Source: Chloroflexota bacterium
GTDB lineage: Bacteria > Chloroflexota > Dehalococcoidia > UBA2979
Assembly (NCBI GenBank): GCA_027593235.1
Contig: JAQCIU010000033.1
Coordinates: 1-33,124 of the forward strand
DNA: 33,124 nt
Direction of reading: 5' to 3'
Below are positions 27,757 through 33,124 of this stretch, piece by piece (the first letter of the stretch is position 1; each line of letters opens with the position of its first letter). A program made the translations under genes and the position numbers. Under the pieces are notes generated by a model. It worked only from the letters and a program-made list of their open reading frames with translations. It was not told the DNA's origin and ran no database searches.

Positions 27757-30252
27757 CTAGGAGGCGAGGCGCTCCTGGGGAATGTGATTGCGCACCAGCT
27801 CGGCCGTGATCGCCGCTTCGGCCGGACGGGCGAAGTAGTAGCCCTGTCCGCTCTCGCAACCGATCTGCGCCAGGAAGTGCGCCTGTTCTTCGCGCTCGAT
27901 GCCATCGGCGACCACGCGCATCCCCAGCGCCTCTGCCACGCGCACGACGGCGCGGACGATCGACGCCTCGCGGTCGTCGTGGTCAACGTCGGACACGAAC
28001 GAACGATCGATCTTCAGCACATCCGCCGGGAGCTGCCTGAGGTAGGAGAGCGACGAGTAGCCGGTCCCGAAGTCGTCGATCGCGAGCTCCACGCCAATCC
28101 GCTTCAGCTCCAGGAAGATGTCGTTGGTCACGGCGCTGTCATCCAGCAACACGCTCTCGGTGATCTCGATCCGTAGCGCTCTCGGCTCTAGACCGGTCTC
28201 GCGGAGCACCCGCAGCACTTCCCAGGCCAAACCCGGCTCCAGGAACTCGTTCGCGGACAGGTTCACGGCCATCGTGAACGGCTGGCCGTGGAACAGCGAA
28301 TCCCGCCACTCAGCGGCCTGTCGGCACGCCTCGTGCAGCACCCACTTGCCAATGCTAATGATCTCGCCCGTCTCCTCCGCCAGCGTGATGAACTCCGCCG
28401 GTGGGACCAGCCCACGCGTCGGGTGATTCCACCGCACCAGCGCCTCGAACCCCACGATCTCGCCGCTCGGCAGATCGATCTCTGGCTGGTAGTGCAGCCG
28501 CAACTGATCGCGCTCCACTGCTTGTCGCAGCTCCGATTCGAGCCGCAGCCGATCGATCGAGAACTTATCCAGAGTCTCGTCGAAGAGGACGTACCGGCTT
28601 CGGCCTTGCTCCTTGGCGTGCGACAGCGCGATGTCGGCGCTGCGAATCAGTTCGCGAGGCGTCTTCGCCCGCTCACCACTCATCGAGATGCCGATGCTCG
28701 CGGTGACGATCGTGTTGTGCCCCATCAGCTTCACCGGGCCACGCAGCTCACCCAGCAGGTGGTGCGCCAGCGCCGTGAGCGTCTCCTGGTTCTCGACGCG
28801 CGGCACCAGCAGCGTGAACTCGTCGCCGCCGAACCGCGCCACCATCGCACCCTCCGGTGCGGTCGCGTTCAATCGCTCCGCCAGCGCGATCAGCAGCTCG
28901 TCGCCCACGTTATGGCCCAGGCTGTCGTTCACGACCTTGAATCGATCGAGGTCGATGAACATCACCGCGGTGCGCCCGCCGGTCCGCTGGGTCATCGCCA
29001 GCGCGTCTTCCAGCCGCTCCAGGAACAGCGCGCGGTTCGGCAGGTTCGTCAGTGGATCATGGAATGCTTGGTGACGAAGCTCGTTCTCGAGCGTCTTTCG
29101 ATCCGTGACGTCGCGCGCGTTGATGACCACGCCACCGACGGCCGCCTGGGCGACCAGGTTCGTCATCGTGGCCTCGTAGTCGCGCCACTGCCCGTGGGCG
29201 TCCGGCATCTTCAACTCGAGCATCGGCTCCAGGTCCGGATGCGCGCTCGTCGCGCGGATCGCCTCGTTCACGGCCTCGAGGTCTCGCGGGTGGACGAGAT
29301 CCCCAATCGTCGTCGACTCGGCGGCAAGGCCGCCAATCGGCGAGCTCATGTACTGAATCGTGTGATCGGGGTTGAGCACGATCGTCACGCCGGGCGCGTT
29401 CTGCACCAGCGCGCGGTAACGCATCTCGCTGTGCCCCAGTGCTCGGTTCGCGCGCTGCAGCTCCACGGTCGTCGCTCGCGTGCGGTCCGTGTACTGGCGC
29501 ACCGCGAACCAGAGCATCACCACCGGCATCGCGAAGATCGCGGCGCCAATCGTGCCGAGCGCCAGGAACGAGATCACCATCGCGTATGCAGCCACGCCGA
29601 ACGCGAGGTAGTGCGGCGCGAGCCACGCGTACTTCTCCCGCCACACGGCGACGACGCCTTGCTCCCCGGTCAGCGAGACGATGCCGGCCACCAGCACGCT
29701 GTTCATCGTGAACGCGACCAGCGTCGCGCCGAGCGCGATCGGGAGCAGTTCCAGGATCTGACCAGACGTCGGCGGCGGCGCCGCGATATGGAAGACCGTC
29801 GAATACGCGACGCCGCTGAGCGTCATCACCGCGACGTTGAAGAAGAAACGGTTCCAGTCTTCCCGGTCGGGGAAGCCCGCCACGAACAGCCCGATCATCG
29901 CCGCCGCGCCAACGGCGCCCGGGGCGAGGAGCAGGCCACCGCTGAACAGCGCGACGAAGCTGAGGGACAGGCGGCTGTTCCCGAACAGGTCCTCGCGGGC
30001 GCGCTCCAGGATGCCGACGCCGACGATCAGCGCCAGGAAGAGTGGCCAATCCCAGCTGGAATCGGCTCCGGCGAGTGCTTCGGCGATCAGTGCGGCACCG
30101 GTAGAAGCGATCGAACTGATGATGACGAACCAGATGTAGAGGTTCGCCAGTCGTCCGCGTCGTTCAACGTTGGGCGCGGCAGGGCGAGGCGCAGTCAGCG
30201 CCTGAATCGCTGGTCCGGCGGCCTCCGGCCCGTTTTGGGTCAAGCGCACCAC
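27757..30252 (-). CDS. Multi-TM membrane sensor - PAS - GGDEF - EAL c-di-GMP enzyme
   Basis: About 7-8 hydrophobic helices, RYRALVQN..VHPRD..NARDVT (PAS), HDPLTNLPNR, DLDRFK, RFGGDEF, EALVRW, DDFGTGYSSLSYL, LKIDRSF. Start is uncertain. Confidence 0.93.
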   Translation of the reverse strand: MVRLTQNGPEAAGPAIQALTAPRPAAPNVERRGRLANLYIWFVIISSIASTGAALIAEALAGADSSWDWPLFLALIVGVGILERAREDLFGNSRLSLSFVALFSGGLLLAPGAVGAAAMIGLFVAGFPDREDWNRFFFNVAVMTLSGVAYSTVFHIAAPPPTSGQILELLPIALGATLVAFTMNSVLVAGIVSLTGEQGVVAVWREKYAWLAPHYLAFGVAAYAMVISFLALGTIGAAIFAMPVVMLWFAVRQYTDRTRATTVELQRANRALGHSEMRYRALVQNAPGVTIVLNPDHTIQYMSSPIGGLAAESTTIGDLVHPRDLEAVNEAIRATSAHPDLEPMLELKMPDAHGQWRDYEATMTNLVAQAAVGGVVINARDVTDRKTLENELRHQAFHDPLTNLPNRALFLERLEDALAMTQRTGGRTAVMFIDLDRFKVVNDSLGHNVGDELLIALAERLNATAPEGAMVARFGGDEFTLLVPRVENQETLTALAHHLLGELRGPVKLMGHNTIVTASIGISMSGERAKTPRELIRSADIALSHAKEQGRSRYVLFDETLDKFSIDRLRLESELRQAVERDQLRLHYQPEIDLPSGEIVGFEALVRWNHPTRGLVPPAEFITLAEETGEIISIGKWVLHEACRQAAEWRDSLFHGQPFTMAVNLSANEFLEPGLAWEVLRVLRETGLEPRALRIEITESVLLDDSAVTNDIFLELKRIGVELAIDDFGTGYSSLSYLRQLPADVLKIDRSFVSDVDHDDREASIVRAVVRVAEALGMRVVADGIEREEQAHFLAQIGCESGQGYYFARPAEAAITAELVRNHIPQERLAS

Positions 30253-30296
30253 AATCTGTTGACGTGGCGCCCTGGATTGCGCCCCGCCTGTGGCAA

Positions 30297-30324
30297 TTAT
30301 CGGCAGGGTTGGGGCCCCGGTGAA
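30297..30324 (-). promoter_or_regulatory. Putative sigma28-type promoter for the sensor GGDEF-EAL gene
   Basis: Minus strand TTCA-N16-GCCGATAA. The -10 element is a perfect sigma28 consensus. Confidence 0.5.
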
Positions 30325-30390
30325 CGCGGATCGCTCGGAAAATCGGGGTGATTCGGGGCGTTGTTACACCACGTATGACCGCCCGATACA

Positions 30391-30427
30391 CAAAGAAAGA
30401 GCGGCTCCCGCTTCCGGGAGCCGCTCT
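30391..30427 (-). terminator. Intrinsic terminator of the ABC permease operon
   Basis: Minus strand AGAGCGGCTCCCG-GAAG-CGGGAGCCGCTCT followed by TTCTTTG. Confidence 0.85.
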
Positions 30428-30457
30428 GGTTCGCAATCAGCGCAAACGGGAGGCCGC

Positions 30458-31381
30458 TTAGCGGCTGCCCCGCAAGCGTGGATCAAGCTTGTCCCGCACC
30501 GCGTCGCCCAGCATGTTGAAGCTGTACACGGTGAAGAAAATCGCCAGTCCCGGGAACACCGCGAGGTGCGGAGACCGGGTGAGGTGCTCACGCGCATCGT
30601 TGAGCATCCGGCCCCAGCTCGCCGTGGGTGGCGGAATGCCGTAGCCCAGGAACGACAGCGCCGACTCGATCAGAATCGCCGCGCCAACCTCGATTGAAGC
30701 GGAAACCAGCACCAGTGCGAACACGTTCGGCACGACGTGCTGAAGCATGATCCGCACGGACGGCGCACCCAGGGCGCGTGCCGCCTCGACGTACTGCTCC
30801 TCACGAACGGCGATCGCCCCTGAGCGAATCACCCGCGAGAGCCGAATCGAGATCAGTACCCCGACCGACAGAATGATGGCGGTGATTTCACCACCGACGA
30901 CCCGGTCCTTGATCGACGTCACGACCAGGATGATGAAGATCAGCCCCGGCAGCGCGATGCCAATGTCGACAAGGCGCTGGAACGTCGTGTCGAACCAACC
31001 GCCGAAGTATCCCGACACCACGCCAAGCGTCGTTGAGAGCACTGCGGAGACGACCACGACCCCGAAGCCAACGATGATCGAGGTGCGTGCACCCACGATG
31101 ATGCGGGAGTACAGGTCACGGCCAAGCTGGTCGGTCCCAAAGAAGTGAGCACTGCTCGGACCCTGGAACCGGTCACGAAGGACCTGCGAGTTCGGATCGG
31201 TCGTCGTAAAGAGGTCCGGGAGAATCGCCATCAGCACCAGCATGATCGCGAACGCCGCTCCGAACGCGCCGATCGGGTACTCGCGGGCGAATTTCACCGA
31301 GGACGTCAGCCACTTCCGTAGGAACCACGGATCGTTGCCCTGCGAACGCGAGCCGAGGGTATCGGTTGCAGTGGAGACCAT
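30458..31381 (-). CDS. Peptide/nickel ABC transporter permease (DppC/OppC family)
   Basis: HFFGTDQLGRDLYSRI, EQYVEAARALGA, HVVPN, ESALSFLG, SWGRML, LGDAVRDKLDPR. Confidence 0.95.
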   Translation of the reverse strand: MVSTATDTLGSRSQGNDPWFLRKWLTSSVKFAREYPIGAFGAAFAIMLVLMAILPDLFTTTDPNSQVLRDRFQGPSSAHFFGTDQLGRDLYSRIIVGARTSIIVGFGVVVVSAVLSTTLGVVSGYFGGWFDTTFQRLVDIGIALPGLIFIILVVTSIKDRVVGGEITAIILSVGVLISIRLSRVIRSGAIAVREEQYVEAARALGAPSVRIMLQHVVPNVFALVLVSASIEVGAAILIESALSFLGYGIPPPTASWGRMLNDAREHLTRSPHLAVFPGLAIFFTVYSFNMLGDAVRDKLDPRLRGSR

Positions 31382-32334
31382 TAGGAGTACCGAATCCGCG
31401 GGTTAAGCACCGAGTACAGAAGGTCCACGGCGAGGATTGAGAACACCGTGAACGTCGCCACCACCAGGTTGATCGCCTGAATCACCGGGAAGTCGAGCTG
31501 GTTGATCGACGAGATGTAGTACCGACCCATCCCGGGGATGGAGTAGACCGACTCGATAATCACCGTGCCACCAATGACCACCGGCAGCTGCAACCCGAGC
31601 ACCGTGATCACCGGCACCAGGGCGTTCCGCAGCACGTGCCGTGTCACGACCGTGCGCTCAGCAAGCCCCTTGGCATGGGCCGTGCGCACGTAGTCCTGAC
31701 GCATGACCTCGAGCACCGCGGAGCGCGTGTAGCGCATCACCGAGCCCGACAGTCCGAGACCCAGCAGAATCGCAGGCATCGCCATGAACTTCAGGTTCGC
31801 GATCGGGTTATCGAGGAATGCCGGATAGGTGGTCGAAGGCACACCCCAGAGGAAATACTTGGATGCGAATGTGATCAGCATGATCGCAATCCAGAAGTTT
31901 GGCGCCGCCAGGAACCCGATCGCCAGGCTGCGCCCCGCGTAATCGGCGAACGTGTTCTGCCGGATCGCGGAGACGATGCCAATCGGAATGGCGACCGCCG
32001 CTGAGACGATGATCGACAGGATCCCGAGTTCGAAGGTGACCGGCAGCCGCGACGAAAGTTCGCCCGTGACCGACCGCCCGCTGATCAGCGAGGTACCCAG
32101 GTCACCCTGCAGCATCTGCTGCGACCAATTCTTGTACTGAATCGGAATATTGTCCGCGAGCCCGAAGTCTTCGAGAATCGCGGCCTTCGTTTCCGGGGAA
32201 ACCGCGCCGTATTCCCCTGCAATGAGGGCGACGACGTCTCCGGGGACGATTCTGACCATCAAGAATACGATCATCGAAAGTCCGACCAGTGTCGGAATCA
32301 TCAAGGCTAAACGTCGGAGGACGTATTTCTGCAT
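31381..32334 (-). CDS. Peptide/nickel ABC transporter permease (DppB/OppB family)
   Basis: YVLRRL, PGD, GDLGTS, QDYVRTAHAKGL, HVLRNAL, IPGMG, DLLYSVLNPRIRY. Confidence 0.95.
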   Translation of the reverse strand: MQKYVLRRLALMIPTLVGLSMIVFLMVRIVPGDVVALIAGEYGAVSPETKAAILEDFGLADNIPIQYKNWSQQMLQGDLGTSLISGRSVTGELSSRLPVTFELGILSIIVSAAVAIPIGIVSAIRQNTFADYAGRSLAIGFLAAPNFWIAIMLITFASKYFLWGVPSTTYPAFLDNPIANLKFMAMPAILLGLGLSGSVMRYTRSAVLEVMRQDYVRTAHAKGLAERTVVTRHVLRNALVPVITVLGLQLPVVIGGTVIIESVYSIPGMGRYYISSINQLDFPVIQAINLVVATFTVFSILAVDLLYSVLNPRIRYS

Positions 32335-32681
32335 AACGTTCGGCGGTGCGGGCCCGGAACCTTGTGGTTACGGGGTGGCGCTCGCCGTTCTCCCTTCCCT
32401 CTGTGGTCGTTCGCCGGAACGTGTGCCGTGCCCCGCTGGTGGCTGCGGGTGGACGGTCAACGAACCGGGACTCCGACCAGATCTCTGGGTCGTGTCAACA
32501 GTCATCCCTCTCCGATAGCGCAGCCTTACTGCGGCACGTTGTGCTGCACGTGTTGGAAGATCAGCGGATCGCCATCGCGTTTGGGAATCATACGGGGAGC
32601 GGTGGCCCGTGGATCGCGATCTGCGCCATATTTGTGATGTTTTTTCGCGGATCGGGAGGGGCAGTCAGTGAGCAGTGAAGC

Positions 32682-32713
32682 GGAAGGGCGGACACAGCGG
32701 TGTCCGCCCTTCC
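32682..32713 (-). terminator. Stem-loop after the solute-binding protein gene (terminator or mRNA stabiliser)
   Basis: Perfect 14-bp stem GGAAGGGCGGACAC / GTGTCCGCCCTTCC with a 4-nt loop, 16 nt past the stop. Confidence 0.7.
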
Positions 32714-32729
32714 TGTTTGGCATTCCGAC

Positions 32730-33124
32730 CTAGACGTCGAACCAGTAGTACATGTACTCCTCGGCACCGACGGCGTAGCCGAGAGTGTCGCGGATGCCGC
32801 CCTGGACGAACGGCTGGTACGACCGGTAGGAGGTACCTGCACCAGCCTGGCTGGGCGCGTAGTACATCTTCTCGGCGTTGAGGCGCTGGCCCTCGTGCAT
32901 GATCTCGCGGCGAGCTTCGACATCGAGTTCCGCCTTCTGGCGGACGTCGATGTCGGTCATCTCGTCGGTGATCAGCTTGCTGTGGTTGGCGGGGTCGCCA
33001 CCGAACATGCGGTTCCAGTAGGAACCGGCTTCCGGGAACGGCGTCTCGTAACCGAAGGCCATACCGGTGAAGTCGCCCTTGAACGTGTTGGTGATGTACA
33101 GCGAGCTGTAGTCCTGCACGTCCG
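32730..33124 (-). CDS. ABC solute-binding protein family 5 (DppA/OppA-like), C-terminal part; 5' end lies outside the window
   Basis: N..K, Q.AELDVEARREI..GQR, QPFVQG and terminal YWFDV, upstream of dppB/dppC-like permeases. Confidence 0.8.
   Translation of the reverse strand, partial: DVQDYSSLYITNTFKGDFTGMAFGYETPFPEAGSYWNRMFGGDPANHSKLITDEMTDIDVRQKAELDVEARREIMHEGQRLNAEKMYYAPSQAGAGTSYRSYQPFVQGGIRDTLGYAVGAEEYMYYWFDV

Noticed and set aside
28288-30351. 687-aa plus-strand ORF and similar long ORFs (11985-13784, 15665-16831, 19460-20458, 11098-12216)
   Set aside because: Antisense or alternate-frame shadows of real genes, expected in high-GC DNA; no domain motifs.

Overview
High-GC bacterial chromosomal segment with about 30 densely packed genes. 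Gene content and style suggest Chloroflexota/Dehalococcoidia or a related high-GC lineage (inference only). No rRNA, tRNA, CRISPR, transposase or phage genes were recognised. From left to right: a nitroreductase that appears broken at the left edge, an orphan CpaF/TadA pilus ATPase followed by a five-hairpin element, a degenerate GDPD coupled to a SAM methyltransferase, a surface VIT-vWA protein, a crotonase, an SH3 membrane protein divergent from a GGDEF-EAL gene, a HerA-like ATPase plus DUF4157 pair, DUF3179, an alpha/beta-fold LuxR regulator, a TTC38-like protein, a polyphosphate cluster (CYTH-CHAD, SixA, Ppx, PPK2), HDOD, ArsR/SRPBCC genes, a multi-TM sensor PAS-GGDEF-EAL gene and a Dpp/Opp-type ABC transporter. 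The most striking unannotated signal lies in the AT-richer gap at 27300-27750. There, a near-consensus sigma70 promoter (TTGACA-17-TAGATT) precedes a 9-codon ORF with a good RBS (MRKIRGIAW) and a structured trailer, directly downstream of the membrane-sensor c-di-GMP enzyme. This is a candidate peptide-signalling system feeding into c-di-GMP.
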